Source of the DNA: an uncultured Thermococci archaeon
GTDB taxonomy: Archaea > CAYQAE01 > CAYVLA01
Reading direction: 5' to 3'
Assembly (NCBI GenBank): GCA_964549615.1
Contig: CAZJVP010000104.1
Coordinates: 1-64,000 of the forward strand
Length of the DNA: 64,000 nt
Below are positions 45,892-56,162 of the stretch, piece after piece. The first letter of the stretch is position 1. The number at the start of each line of letters is the position of its first letter. Position numbers and translations under genes: made by a program. The notes under the pieces were generated by a model. That model saw only the letters and a program-made list of their open reading frames with translations, had not been told where the DNA came from and ran no database searches.

Positions 45892-47650
45892 CGATCCGGC
45901 TGTGGCGCGTGGCAAAGAGGGCTAGATCCCGCCTAGGAAGGCGAACGGATTCGCTACCGCACTCGGAGACGACCGACGCGCGGCCGGCAACGAGTTCGAG
46001 CTTGCAGATGCCGCCAATGGCCACGCTCGCATCCTGGTCCGAGAAGTTCTCCAGGACAAAATGGGTCAGGGTCTTGCGATCCGGAGTGGAGTACAGGTAG
46101 ATCCCAACCCTCGCTGGGGCGCTGAAGGACAATCCGAGCGGCGATAGCGCGAGTTTTCTAAGGACGTCGAGGAGAGCCTGCGGGAGATGAACTAGGGAGA
46201 CGGGCTCGGCAACCGTGACCCTCGTGGGGCCGTGGCAGGGAAGGTACCGGAAGGTGTCTAGGCACACGGCAACGTATGTGGCGCCGTCTACCATGTTCGC
46301 CGTGAGGATCGGATACGGCCGACCCGCCAAAGCTTGGGCCAGGGTGCTTGCTCCAGAAGGTCTCAGATGGGACCTGAGGAGGACGCGTTCCTCGGCTAGA
46401 TGCAGCTTCCCCTCGACCTCAAACCTGAAGGTGAAGATCTCCTTCCTTCCCACGGGATCGCGGCGGAGACCGAAGAGTTCCTCTGGCAGCGATGTGCCCA
46501 CAAGTCCCTCGAGGAACCCGCTGGTGGCGATCACCGCTTGGCCGGGCTTGACCTGCTGAAGGAGCTCCTGTACGCGAGGGTCCTTGAGGGAATGGGCCGG
46601 GAGGAAGATGGTCTTCGTTGAAGGCCTGTTGGCCGTGACGATCACGGGAAGGCCAAGCATGCCGACATAGTCGAAGATGAAGGCCTCCCGCCCGGGATCG
46701 CTCCCAGGGGGTTTATACCCCTCCATCCCCACTGGATGCTTTCCCCTAACCGACCGGTGAAGCTTATCCAAGGTCTCCCAGTCCCGGAGGAGGGCGCCGG
46801 TTTCAGGGTCGCGCCTATCGTACTTCGCCGGGCTGTACGAGAACAGTATGAGCTCGGACGCCCCGGCCAGAACGCTCTGAAAGGCCTGTTCGCGATAGAC
46901 CTCGGGGTAGCAGTTGTAGTAGTCAAACCATGCTCCGCCGACCTTCGCCCCAGCAACCGAGGCAATATAGCTGTAGTTCGCAAAAGCCTCGTACTGGTGC
47001 ACGTACTCTATCCTCGGGTCCCTGATTTCGGTCCCCACCCAGACTGCGTCGAAGGCTGCGCTCTGGCGAGCCACATCGTAGCCGAATACGTGGAACCTGT
47101 CGTACCACTGCGGGTACTTTATGATCACTCTCACGGCCGGGTTCTCCTCCTTCGCCGGCCCGATGATGCAGGAACGTGCAACATCCACCATCAGGTCCCT
47201 GTAGTAGGTCGGCCAGTCGCGCCGTCCCCTCCCTTCCCTGCACCGGGCGCATCTGCACGAGGTGCAGAGGAAATCGTCGACTATGACATGGTCGAAAACC
47301 CGGGCGCCCATCCTCATCATCTGCTCCAGCGTAGCCCTCGATCTGGGGGAACTGAAACAGATCCACCACTGCCCGTGCGTGGATGGGTCGGTTAGGCCCT
47401 CGCCGTGAGTCGTGCATATGCCTCCCCACGCCGTGATGCCCTCGCCCTGCAGCGCGTCCCTCACTTGTTTTAGCACGTTCTCGTGAACCCAGATGCCGCT
47501 TCGGTAGAATTCAACGTAGGCCTTACTGATGCCGATGCTTAGCAGTCTGCGGATCGCGGCCCGCCTCTTGCGGGGATCCGAGAAGTGATGCACCACATCG
47601 CCCGCCGTCAGGTAGCCGGAGAGCCTGAGGGATTCCCTGGTCCCATGCAT
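45884..47650 (-). CDS. hypothetical glycoside-hydrolase-like protein (TIM barrel plus GATase-like domain)
   Basis: IVDDFLCTSCRCARC, IIKYPQWYDRF, VWVGTE, YVGMLGLP; family not confidently named. Confidence 0.55.
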   Translation of the reverse strand: MHGTRESLRLSGYLTAGDVVHHFSDPRKRRAAIRRLLSIGISKAYVEFYRSGIWVHENVLKQVRDALQGEGITAWGGICTTHGEGLTDPSTHGQWWICFSSPRSRATLEQMMRMGARVFDHVIVDDFLCTSCRCARCREGRGRRDWPTYYRDLMVDVARSCIIGPAKEENPAVRVIIKYPQWYDRFHVFGYDVARQSAAFDAVWVGTEIRDPRIEYVHQYEAFANYSYIASVAGAKVGGAWFDYYNCYPEVYREQAFQSVLAGASELILFSYSPAKYDRRDPETGALLRDWETLDKLHRSVRGKHPVGMEGYKPPGSDPGREAFIFDYVGMLGLPVIVTANRPSTKTIFLPAHSLKDPRVQELLQQVKPGQAVIATSGFLEGLVGTSLPEELFGLRRDPVGRKEIFTFRFEVEGKLHLAEERVLLRSHLRPSGASTLAQALAGRPYPILTANMVDGATYVAVCLDTFRYLPCHGPTRVTVAEPVSLVHLPQALLDVLRKLALSPLGLSFSAPARVGIYLYSTPDRKTLTHFVLENFSDQDASVAIGGICKLELVAGRASVVSECGSESVRLPRRDLALFATRHSRIDL

Positions 47651-47737
47651 TCATCTGCCTCCCTTGTCTGGCGTCCCCGTCCCCGGCCTTGATAATAGTT
47701 AATAGGCCCGGACCTTCGACCAGGCTGGTCGGAGCGG

Positions 47738-48769
47738 ATGAAGGGGGCAGTCCTGGAGGGCGTGCGACAGATCAGGCTGAGGGAGGTTCCAGACCCCTCG
47801 CCGAAGGGAAGCGAAGTGGCGGTTCGAGTTCGCGCCTGTGGCATATGCCAGACGGACAACCTGGCCTACATGGGCGCCCGCGACGGCCTCAAGTTCCCGA
47901 TCATCCTGGGGCATGAGATGTCCGGCGTCGTGGAGGAGATCGGCCCGAACGTCGACACGGTGCGCCGCGGCGATGCCGTCGTCGTGAGCCCGGTCGTTTC
48001 CTGCGGTCGATGCAGGTTCTGCCGTCTGGGGCTGGCCAATCACTGCGAGAACGGAGTCGTGATCGGCGGGGAGGGGCAGCCCGTGGTTGTGAACGGGGGT
48101 TTCGCGGAGTTCGTGCAGGTGCCGGAGCAAGTGCTGTATCGCAAGCCCAACACGGTTCCGTTCGAGGCCGCAGCGCTGGCAGAGCCCCTCGCTGGATCGT
48201 ACAAGGGGTTGATCGAGTACTCGGGCCTGCGGCTGGGGGAGGACGTCGTCATTGTCGGCTCCGGGAGCATGGGCCTGCTCCTCGCAATGGTCGGAATGGC
48301 GGCCGGAGCCGGCAGGCTCGTTGTGATTGACAGGATTGCGGAGAGGCTTAGGATGGCCTCGAGGGTCGGGGTGCGACATACCGTGAACTCAAGCGTCGAG
48401 GACCCCGTCAAGAGGGTCCAAGAGATAATGCCCGAGGGCCCCGATGTGGTCGTGGAGGCAGCCGGGACCTTGGAGGCGGCTTCCCTAGCGCTCAGGCTGG
48501 CCGGCAGGGCCTGCAGGGTAAACATGTTCGGCGTCATCGTCCCCGGCGAGATCGGCGTGTCTCCGAAGCAGATCCATTTCAGTGAGACGCGGGTTGATGC
48601 GTCATTCTCAGTTACTCCCCGCGCAATGACGAAATCCCTTCAGCTCATGGAGAAGGGCCTCGTGGACCCAGCGCGCATCATCACGCACAGGTACCGACTT
48701 GAGGAGATACAGGCCGCCTTCGATGCGATGCAGAGGCCGGACCGGGTCAAAGTCATGATTGTCCACTAG
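47738..48769 (+). CDS. zinc-dependent alcohol/sugar dehydrogenase (MDR family)
   Basis: CGICQTD, GHEMSGVV, CGRCRFC..G..NHC, GSGSMG. Confidence 0.9.
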   Translation: MKGAVLEGVRQIRLREVPDPSPKGSEVAVRVRACGICQTDNLAYMGARDGLKFPIILGHEMSGVVEEIGPNVDTVRRGDAVVVSPVVSCGRCRFCRLGLANHCENGVVIGGEGQPVVVNGGFAEFVQVPEQVLYRKPNTVPFEAAALAEPLAGSYKGLIEYSGLRLGEDVVIVGSGSMGLLLAMVGMAAGAGRLVVIDRIAERLRMASRVGVRHTVNSSVEDPVKRVQEIMPEGPDVVVEAAGTLEAASLALRLAGRACRVNMFGVIVPGEIGVSPKQIHFSETRVDASFSVTPRAMTKSLQLMEKGLVDPARIITHRYRLEEIQAAFDAMQRPDRVKVMIVH

Positions 48770-48810
48770 TAGATTAGAACGTTCCAAGGCCCTGCGACTA
48801 CCCCTGCACT

Positions 48811-48939
48811 CTACGGAACGAACTTGGCGAAGTAGAGGATCAGAACTAGGCTTAGGATCGCAATGCCGAATGATATCAGCGCTAGGACGACCCCAACGTT
48901 GCCAAAGACCTGGAACATTAGGGCAAAACCTCTGGCCAT
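48811..48939 (-). CDS. small membrane protein (42 aa, not in ORF track)
   Basis: MARGFALMFQVFGNVGVVLALISFGIAILSLVLILYFAKFVP*; TTTTTAAG about 20-25 nt upstream. Confidence 0.5.
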   Translation of the reverse strand: MARGFALMFQVFGNVGVVLALISFGIAILSLVLILYFAKFVP

Positions 48940-49051
48940 GCGCCGCTCCAGAAACCTTAAAAATGTATTTGCACAGGCCTAGAATGCTTGTCCAACGCCT
49001 TGCCGGATGAAAAGGACTCTCCCTCCAGCGGGCGGAGGCGGTTGAACTCCC

Positions 49052-49867
49052 ATGTTGTTCCTTATGTTCAGCAAGAGGCTCGCGGAGCTGGGGATAGAGG
49101 AGGTGGGGGAGGCGGTGTCCAGGCTCGGCCTTGACGGCGTGGACCTAACCGTGAGGCCGTCGGGGCACATCCTCCCGGAGGAAGCCAACCTAAGGCTTCC
49201 GGTCGCCGTGAGCACGCTGAGGTCGTACGGCCTGGAGGTACCGATGATCACGACCTCGATCACCGAGGCCGAGGACCCCTATGCGGCGGATATATTCGCG
49301 GCGGCCGGCGATTGCGGGGTGAGGTACATCAAGCTGGGCTACTGGAGGTACGAGGGCTTCGGCAACGCATACCGACAGCTCAGCGAGGTCCGAGAGAAGC
49401 TTATGGGGATCCAGAAGCTCGCAGCGGAGAACGGCGTCACGGCGGCGGTCCACATCCATTCGGGCGACTACATGACCGCAACTCCCGGCATCGTCAGCAG
49501 GCTGCTGGAGGGCTTCGACCCCGACCAGGTGGCTGCCTACATCGACCCAGGACACATGGTGATCGAGGGGGGCAGGTCGGGCTGGAAACTCGGAATGGAT
49601 CTGCTGAGCTACGCCATCAGGGTGGTCGCGGTGAAGGACTTCGGCTGGCAGTGTGACCCAACGGAGCCAAAGAAATGGAGGGCGGTGCTATTGCCCTTGA
49701 GCGAGGGCATGGTCCCGTGGCGCGAGGTGTTTCGATACCTAAGGGAGATCTCATTTGATGGTCCGGTCAGCCTTCACAGCGAATATGAGGGCATGTCGGT
49801 TGAGCAGATCCTCGCGCAGACGGCGAGGGACTTCTCATATCTGAAAGGAGTCATCGCCAGCCTATAG
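49052..49867 (+). CDS. sugar phosphate isomerase/epimerase (xylose-isomerase-like TIM barrel)
   Basis: GLDGVDLTVRP.GH, HIHSG, DPGH, VAVKDF, EGMVPW, FDGPVSLHSEY. Confidence 0.85.
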   Translation: MLFLMFSKRLAELGIEEVGEAVSRLGLDGVDLTVRPSGHILPEEANLRLPVAVSTLRSYGLEVPMITTSITEAEDPYAADIFAAAGDCGVRYIKLGYWRYEGFGNAYRQLSEVREKLMGIQKLAAENGVTAAVHIHSGDYMTATPGIVSRLLEGFDPDQVAAYIDPGHMVIEGGRSGWKLGMDLLSYAIRVVAVKDFGWQCDPTEPKKWRAVLLPLSEGMVPWREVFRYLREISFDGPVSLHSEYEGMSVEQILAQTARDFSYLKGVIASL

Positions 49868-49882
49868 AAAAGCATCGAACGG

Positions 49883-50437
49883 ATGACGATGGCTCCCGAA
49901 GTCCAGATCGAGAGAGGCGCGGTTGTCAAGATAACGCTGGTGCAGGCCACGATCTTCCTCGGGGCCTCCCTGGTTTACGCGGCGGCCTTGGGGAGCGCTG
50001 GGTCCATAGGTCTCACCCTTGCGGGCTGGACACGGGCGATTGCGTTAGGAACCGCGCTCTTCCTGGTCGTCATCCCTTTCCTCTTTCTGCCAAGGTACTT
50101 CGGGGTCAGGAATCGGCTCGAGGAAGCCCTCGCCCTCGGCCTCCGAGCAAAGGAGCTTCTTCTGCTCAATTTCGCGGTGAGTTGGAGCGAGGAACTTTTC
50201 TTCAGGGGCATGTTGGTCGGCTTGATCGGGGTGATCCCGTCATCCATCTTGTTTGGTGCGGTGCACTACATCGGCTACGAGTCGGCGCTCGAGGTCGCGT
50301 ACGCGGTCTCCGTGGGGCTCGTCTTGGGATACGCCTTCAAGGCCTGGCTGCCCAACATCCTTTTTCCGGTCACATTCCACTTCCTGGCAAATTCCGCATC
50401 CCTCTTTTTCACGCGGAGATGGGCTCGAAGAGGGTGA
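49883..50437 (+). CDS. CPBP/CAAX (Abi) family intramembrane glutamic endopeptidase
   Basis: EELFFRG, FGAVH, HFLAN. Confidence 0.88.
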   Translation: MTMAPEVQIERGAVVKITLVQATIFLGASLVYAAALGSAGSIGLTLAGWTRAIALGTALFLVVIPFLFLPRYFGVRNRLEEALALGLRAKELLLLNFAVSWSEELFFRGMLVGLIGVIPSSILFGAVHYIGYESALEVAYAVSVGLVLGYAFKAWLPNILFPVTFHFLANSASLFFTRRWARRG

Positions 50438-50441
50438 AGGA

Positions 50442-50927
50442 ATGGTTTCGAAATACTGGAATGAGGGCCAAACAAGGGTTGATAGGGAATCCGAAATATA
50501 TTTCAAGAAACTCAAGCCAGTGAGGCCAGGTGATCCGGTGAGAGATGTCCTCCGAAGCCGCGAACTAAAAGTCGGCGTCATCCTTGTTGCGCTTTCCTTG
50601 CTTGCCGCCCCAGTCTTGGGCAAATCCGACAATGGTGGTCTGATGAACATCCTCACCTGGGTCTGGACGATACTGCTTGCGCTTGCCACTTTTGGCTTCC
50701 TTGCCGTGGCGGGCTTCTTCGCGTTCCTGTGCATCTACGCCCGTAACTTGAAGTATTCGGTTCTTTCGGTCATCGGAACCCTGCTCTTCATCTTCCTATT
50801 CTACATGGTGCTGTTCCAGAACAAGATGCGCAGTTTCCAGGGCTTCAACTGGTACCCGTTGGTGACGCCGTTCGTCATCGAGGTGGCCATAGTCGCAGCG
50901 ATCTTCATATACCTCTGGAAGCTATAG
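50442..50927 (+). CDS. hypothetical membrane protein
   Basis: About 4 TM segments; start uncertain (50442 or 50538). Confidence 0.6.
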   Translation: MVSKYWNEGQTRVDRESEIYFKKLKPVRPGDPVRDVLRSRELKVGVILVALSLLAAPVLGKSDNGGLMNILTWVWTILLALATFGFLAVAGFFAFLCIYARNLKYSVLSVIGTLLFIFLFYMVLFQNKMRSFQGFNWYPLVTPFVIEVAIVAAIFIYLWKL

Positions 50928-51585
50928 GGCTGCGGTCCCGGGAGTTCCAGGTGCTCTTGCTGGACCTGATTCTTTCTATGGTTCGCCAGGTTCTCCTAAC
51001 AAAGGGCGGAAAAGATCGGTTTGCGCCGTACCAGTTCTCGAGGAATCGGACCGTCCGTTCGTCGGAGCAGTATCCCGTTCCCAGCTGGCCGACCGACGCG
51101 CATAGCTCCTGGATTGCGCGGTCCCTGGTGACTTTCGCTATGATGCTGGCCGCCGAAACCACGGGGTAGTTCCTGTCTGCGTAGTGTTCGCAGATCAGCC
51201 TCGGGGCCGGGCGCTCGAGATACCGGTGGATCCTTTTCCGGAAGGTGCGCGGGACGACATCGGAACAGTCAACTATCGCCAGCCTCGGCCGGGTCTCGTT
51301 GATTATTTCGGCGAAAACCTTCGCCTCCAGCTCGTTGAGGCTCTTCCCCGACTCCCTCCAAGCATCGAGGTCAGAAGCACTCACCGTTCGGGTCACTATG
51401 TTCAAGCTGGCTTGGTGTATGATTGGGAAGAGAGTCTCCCGCTTCTTTCTCGACAGCTCCTTGCTGTCTCGCACGCCCTCTTCCCTGAGAAACTTTTCGG
51501 ACCTTCTGGAAGGAAGAACGACCCCGGCAACTACCATGTCCCCGATGACCGGCCCTCTCCCGCTTTCATCGATTCCCAGCAGCAT
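50905..51585 (-). CDS. rnhB: ribonuclease HII
   Basis: GIDESGRGPVIG, GVRDSK, VSAASIIAKVTRD, GTGYCSD. Confidence 0.93.
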   Translation of the reverse strand: MLLGIDESGRGPVIGDMVVAGVVLPSRRSEKFLREEGVRDSKELSRKKRETLFPIIHQASLNIVTRTVSASDLDAWRESGKSLNELEAKVFAEIINETRPRLAIVDCSDVVPRTFRKRIHRYLERPAPRLICEHYADRNYPVVSAASIIAKVTRDRAIQELCASVGQLGTGYCSDERTVRFLENWYGANRSFPPFVRRTWRTIERIRSSKSTWNSRDRSPIASRGI

Positions 51586-51817
51586 GATGCGCGTCTCACG
51601 GGTTTGAGCCGTGGGCCCGCCCTCTAAATTATCTTTCGCCTGGAGCCAGCAGCGATCTCGGGTGGGGTCGACGCGGTTGGCGCTCCAAGCAACCTGCGTC
51701 GGCAGCCAGGTCACTTCCGACGGTCGGCCGGCTCGCGCGCTGGGCCGTTTCCCTTTCCAGGTTGGCCGGAGACGCGGACGATCCTTGATCAACTCGAAGC
51801 AATATGAATAAGACCAG

Positions 51818-52378
51818 ATGCCCGAAGTCAAATCTATGGAGAAGAATCTCCTCGTCACTGGCCCGCCGGGTTGTGGCAAGACGACGGTGCTCTCCAAGCT
51901 TTCCAAGTTGCTCAGTGACCGGGGATACGTGGTCGGAGGCATCATTTGTCCTGAGATAAGGTGTGCGGCGATTCGACAGGGATTCGAGATAGTGGATCTG
52001 CTTGGCAGAAGAGGGACCCTCGCTCACGTTTCGCTGGCCGGCTCCGGGGTGCCCATGATCTCAAGGTATGGGGTGAACCTCACCGATCTGGACGAGATCT
52101 CGCGGGAAGCTTTCTCAAGGAAAGCGGACGTCTTCGTCGTGGACGAGATAGGTCCCATGGAGCTGAAGAGCGAGGTCTTTGCCGCCGAGGTATGGGGAAA
52201 GCTCGAGTCCGAAACGCCCTTGGCCGCCGCAGTGCACTTCAGAACCAGTAGCGGTTTCATCGCAAAGGTGAAGGCGCGCAGCGACACGCGGTTGATCGTG
52301 GTCACTCCGCAGAACAGGGAGGAGCTGCCCGCGCTGCTCTGTCGGCGGTTGGTCGAGTACCTTGGGCCAAGGAAATGA
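51818..52378 (+). CDS. nucleoside-triphosphatase (NTPase_1/THEP1 family)
   Basis: VTGPPGCGKTT, RQGFEI, VVDEIGPMEL, VTPQNRE. Confidence 0.88.
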   Translation: MPEVKSMEKNLLVTGPPGCGKTTVLSKLSKLLSDRGYVVGGIICPEIRCAAIRQGFEIVDLLGRRGTLAHVSLAGSGVPMISRYGVNLTDLDEISREAFSRKADVFVVDEIGPMELKSEVFAAEVWGKLESETPLAAAVHFRTSSGFIAKVKARSDTRLIVVTPQNREELPALLCRRLVEYLGPRK

Positions 52379-52497
52379 GCAAGCCTGTCAGGGATAATGG
52401 ATAATGGGAAAGACTTATATCGCTTTCGAACGATTCGATTCCGAACTATCGGGGCTGGCGGTGGCGAGAGATCGCCCGCGCGCGGCCAGGCGCAGGA

Positions 52498-54321
52498 ATG
52501 GTTAAATTGTGGGGCGGGCCGCCCTCGGCAACGGATGGGCCAGGCAGGGAGTACCTAGAGGTCAAGGGAGGAAAGCGCGTCTTCCGGCGCCTGATGGGAT
52601 ACTGGGTGAAGTACTGGAAGTACTCTGCGGTCGTCATCCTGTGTCTGGTCATCGTTTCGCTTCTCCAATCTCTTCCCCCGCTTTACATCAGGCAGATAGT
52701 GAACGTTGCGATCGTCCGTGGGGATGCGAAGATGCTTTTTCGTCTGTGCATCCTCGTGGTCCTCGCGACCGCGGCTGCGGGGTTCTTCGGGTTCTTCCAG
52801 AGGTATCTTGGCGAGATAGTGGCACAGCGAGTAATCTACCAGCTAAGGAAGGAGATGTACGAAAGCCTACAGGCACAGTCATTCTCGTTCTTCGATCGGA
52901 CGCAGACCGGGCAGCTCATGTCTAGAACCACGATGGACGTGGATCTTATCCGAAGGTTCCTCAGCTTCGGCTTCAGGATGATCGCCGGTGCGCTCATCAA
53001 CCTGGCCGTCGTGCTCTTCATTTGCATATTCGTGTTGGGCGCGCCGGGGCTGACGCTCGTGGCGTTCTGCACGGGCCCCCTGATCGTCTGGGCGATGATG
53101 AGGTTCTCCAAGATCCTTAGGGAGCCGCTGTACACCAGCAGGGATGTCTTTGGGTCTTTGAACTCCGTCCTCCAGGAGAACCTCAGCGGGGCCCAAGTCG
53201 TTGCGGCCTTCGGTCAGCAGGAGAATGAGATCCGCAAGTTCAAGGAAAGAAACGAACGATACTTCGCCCTGTCGATCCTGCTCGCGCGAATCAGGTCCAT
53301 CTATGGTCCCATGACCGCGCTTCTGAGCGATTTCAGCATGATCGCCATCCTCCTGTACGGTGGCTACAGGGTTGCGGCCGGGGACCTCACCATCGGAACG
53401 CTCATTGCCTTCACCATCTACGTGGCTCGCCTGACCGGTCCTCTCAGAATGCTTGGGAACATGACCAGGATCTACCAGGATGCGATCGCCGGAGCGAAAA
53501 GGGTTTTCGAGATCATTGACCAGAGGCCGGAACTTGTCGAGAAGCCGGACGCCCTTGAGTTGGACAGGATCGAGGGAAGGGTCTCCTTCGAGAACGTTTC
53601 CTTCGGCTACGGTGATGGTAGGCGCAGCCTGGACAACGTCTCCTTCTCCGTGGAGCCGGGCGAGACCGTCGTTCTGCTCGGCGCGACGGGATCGGGCAAG
53701 AGCACGATTGCGAATCTGATCCCGAGGTTTTACGACCCTTCGTCCGGATGCGTAAAGATAGACGGCCACGACGTCCGGGATCTGAAGATAAAGTCGCTCA
53801 GGAAGCACATCGGCATTGTCCCCCAAGAGACCTTCCTGTTCTCCACCAGCATAAAGGAGAACATCGCCTATGGCAAGCCGGAGGCGAGCATGGACGAGAT
53901 CGTTCGGTGTGCGAAGATGGCAGAGGCTGACGAGTTCATCCGGGCGTTCCCGAAGGGCTACGACACCATGGTCGGGGAGAGAGGGGTGACGTTGTCCGGC
54001 GGAGAGAAGCAAAGGATCGCCATCGCCCGGGCTCTCCTGATGGATCCAAAGATCCTGATCCTCGACGATTCGACCTCCAGCGTGGACACCGAGACCGAGC
54101 ACGAGATACAGAAGGCCCTAGATGCCCTCCTGAAGGACAGGACCACCTTCATCATAACCCAGAGGCTGTCGATGATCAGGAAGGGCAACCGGATCATGGT
54201 GATGGATCAGGGCAGGATAGCGGAGCAGGGCACGCACGAGGAGTTGCTCGCAAGGAAGGGCATCTACGCAAGGATATACCGGGCCCAGGCGACAGGCTCC
54301 GTGGGCAGGGGCGTGGGCTGA
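52498..54321 (+). CDS. ABC exporter, fused TMD-NBD, subunit 1 of a heterodimer
   Basis: FFDRTQTGQLMSR, GATGSGKST, LSGGEKQR, degenerate Walker B/H-loop ILDDSTS and ITQR. Confidence 0.92.
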   Translation: MVKLWGGPPSATDGPGREYLEVKGGKRVFRRLMGYWVKYWKYSAVVILCLVIVSLLQSLPPLYIRQIVNVAIVRGDAKMLFRLCILVVLATAAAGFFGFFQRYLGEIVAQRVIYQLRKEMYESLQAQSFSFFDRTQTGQLMSRTTMDVDLIRRFLSFGFRMIAGALINLAVVLFICIFVLGAPGLTLVAFCTGPLIVWAMMRFSKILREPLYTSRDVFGSLNSVLQENLSGAQVVAAFGQQENEIRKFKERNERYFALSILLARIRSIYGPMTALLSDFSMIAILLYGGYRVAAGDLTIGTLIAFTIYVARLTGPLRMLGNMTRIYQDAIAGAKRVFEIIDQRPELVEKPDALELDRIEGRVSFENVSFGYGDGRRSLDNVSFSVEPGETVVLLGATGSGKSTIANLIPRFYDPSSGCVKIDGHDVRDLKIKSLRKHIGIVPQETFLFSTSIKENIAYGKPEASMDEIVRCAKMAEADEFIRAFPKGYDTMVGERGVTLSGGEKQRIAIARALLMDPKILILDDSTSSVDTETEHEIQKALDALLKDRTTFIITQRLSMIRKGNRIMVMDQGRIAEQGTHEELLARKGIYARIYRAQATGSVGRGVG

Positions 54322-56162
54322 TGGGCTTCGGGATGCACTTCCACTTCCATGGGATGGACGAGGACGAGGAATACGAACGGACCATGCCCGACAGGGTTCT
54401 GCTCTCCAAGTTGATCTCCTACGCGCTCAAATACAAGCGCCGCCTGGCCGTTTGCGTGATCCTGGTCGTCGGTGGGGCCGTCCTTGGAGTGGTGCAGCCA
54501 GTGCTTGTGAAGAGGGCGATTGACGGATACCTGGTCCCATCGGCCGGTGGGCAAATCGGGCTTTCCGAAGCGATCGGTGGATTGGCCTGGGTCGCGGCAG
54601 CTTACCTCGCGTTGACCATACTGTCCTACTTTGGCGACATGGGCCGCACCTACCTATTGAACTGGATAGGCTCGAGTCTTATGAAGGAGATACGCAACCA
54701 GATGTTCGCCCAACTTCAACGGATGTCGAAGTCCTTCTACGACAAGTCCGAGGTCGGGCGGCTCATGTCCAAGGTGACGGCGGACGTTGAGACGATGTAC
54801 GAGGTGCTGGCGACCGGCTTGCTAAACGTGCTGAGCGACTTCGTCAGGCTCGGCATGATACTGGGCGTAATGTTGATGATCAACGTGAGGCTGACATTGG
54901 TGTCGTTGCTTACGATTCCCATGCTCCTGGGCGTCGCCTTTCTGTTCCGGGGGATGGCAAGGCGGGCTTATCGGCAGACGAGGAGGAAGATCGCGGGGGT
55001 CATGTCAAGGCTCCAGGAAAGCATCAGCGGAGTACGGGTGGCGCAGAGCTTCAGCAGGGAGGACAGAAACGCTCAGGAGTTCGATCATGCAAACGTGGAG
55101 AACCTGCAGGCGAACGTCTATGCCGCGCAGGTCATGTCCATCTTCTTCCCGGCCGTGGAGATCATCGGCTCCGTGGGCCTGATGATCGTCTACTACTTCG
55201 GAGGGTTGTCCTACATCACAGGTGCCATAACGCTTGGCGTGCTGATCCTGTTCCAGCAATACGTCATGCAGTTCTTCGGCCCGATCCAGGATCTCACACA
55301 GTTTTCCAACAGCCTCCAGTCTGCCTTCGCGGCCGCTGAGAGGATCTTCAGCCTACTTGAGACGCCTCCTGAGATCGAGGACCGGCCCGATGCGGTGGAG
55401 ATTGGGCGAGTGGAGGGAAGGGTGGACTTTGAGAACGTGACCTTCGAGTACGTCCCTGGCCATCCCGTCGTCCGCAACCTCACCCTGCACGTCAAGCCTG
55501 GCGAAAGGCTAGCGATCGTGGGACCAACGGGAGCCGGCAAGACGACGGTCGTCAGCCTCCTGATGCGTTTCTACGATGTCACGAAAGGGTCCATCAAGGT
55601 CGATGGACGGGACATACGGGACATCAAGCTGGCCTCGCTTAGGAAGAACATGGCGATAGTGCTCCAAGACACCATCCTTTTCTCAGGGACCATCCGGGAT
55701 AACATAAGATACGGCAAACCCGACGCATCCGACGAAGAGGTGCGCGCGGCAGCCAGGACCGTGGGGGCCGATGATTTCATATCGAGATTTCCAAAAGGAT
55801 ACGATACTGAGATAACCGAGCGTGGAGGCAACCTCTCGGTCGGGCAAAGACAGCTGATCTCGTTTGCCAGGGCGCTTCTGGCGGATCCGCCGATCCTATT
55901 GCTGGACGAGGCAACCTCGAGCGTGGATCCGTATACGGAGCTCTTGATACAGGAGGCGCTGGAGGAGCTTCTCAAGAACAGGACCTCCATCGTCATAGCT
56001 CACAGGCTTTCAACGATCAGGAACGCGGATAGGATCATAGTGATGGATCACGGAGAAATCGTGGAGGAGGGCGCGCACGACGAGCTACTGGCGAAGGGCG
56101 GCCTTTACCGCGAACTGTGCGAGATGCAGTTCATGGCTGGGGAGGCCGCGCAGTCTAGATGA
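54321..56162 (+). CDS. ABC exporter, fused TMD-NBD, subunit 2 of a heterodimer
   Basis: GPTGAGKTT, degenerate signature LSVGQRQ, LLDEATS, IAHR; 1-nt stop/start overlap. Confidence 0.92.
   Translation: MGFGMHFHFHGMDEDEEYERTMPDRVLLSKLISYALKYKRRLAVCVILVVGGAVLGVVQPVLVKRAIDGYLVPSAGGQIGLSEAIGGLAWVAAAYLALTILSYFGDMGRTYLLNWIGSSLMKEIRNQMFAQLQRMSKSFYDKSEVGRLMSKVTADVETMYEVLATGLLNVLSDFVRLGMILGVMLMINVRLTLVSLLTIPMLLGVAFLFRGMARRAYRQTRRKIAGVMSRLQESISGVRVAQSFSREDRNAQEFDHANVENLQANVYAAQVMSIFFPAVEIIGSVGLMIVYYFGGLSYITGAITLGVLILFQQYVMQFFGPIQDLTQFSNSLQSAFAAAERIFSLLETPPEIEDRPDAVEIGRVEGRVDFENVTFEYVPGHPVVRNLTLHVKPGERLAIVGPTGAGKTTVVSLLMRFYDVTKGSIKVDGRDIRDIKLASLRKNMAIVLQDTILFSGTIRDNIRYGKPDASDEEVRAAARTVGADDFISRFPKGYDTEITERGGNLSVGQRQLISFARALLADPPILLLDEATSSVDPYTELLIQEALEELLKNRTSIVIAHRLSTIRNADRIIVMDHGEIVEEGAHDELLAKGGLYRELCEMQFMAGEAAQSR

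Noticed and set aside
52498-56162. Degenerate ABC motifs as a sign of pseudogenisation or novelty
   Set aside because: One degenerate and one consensus nucleotide site is normal for TM287/288-type heterodimeric exporters.
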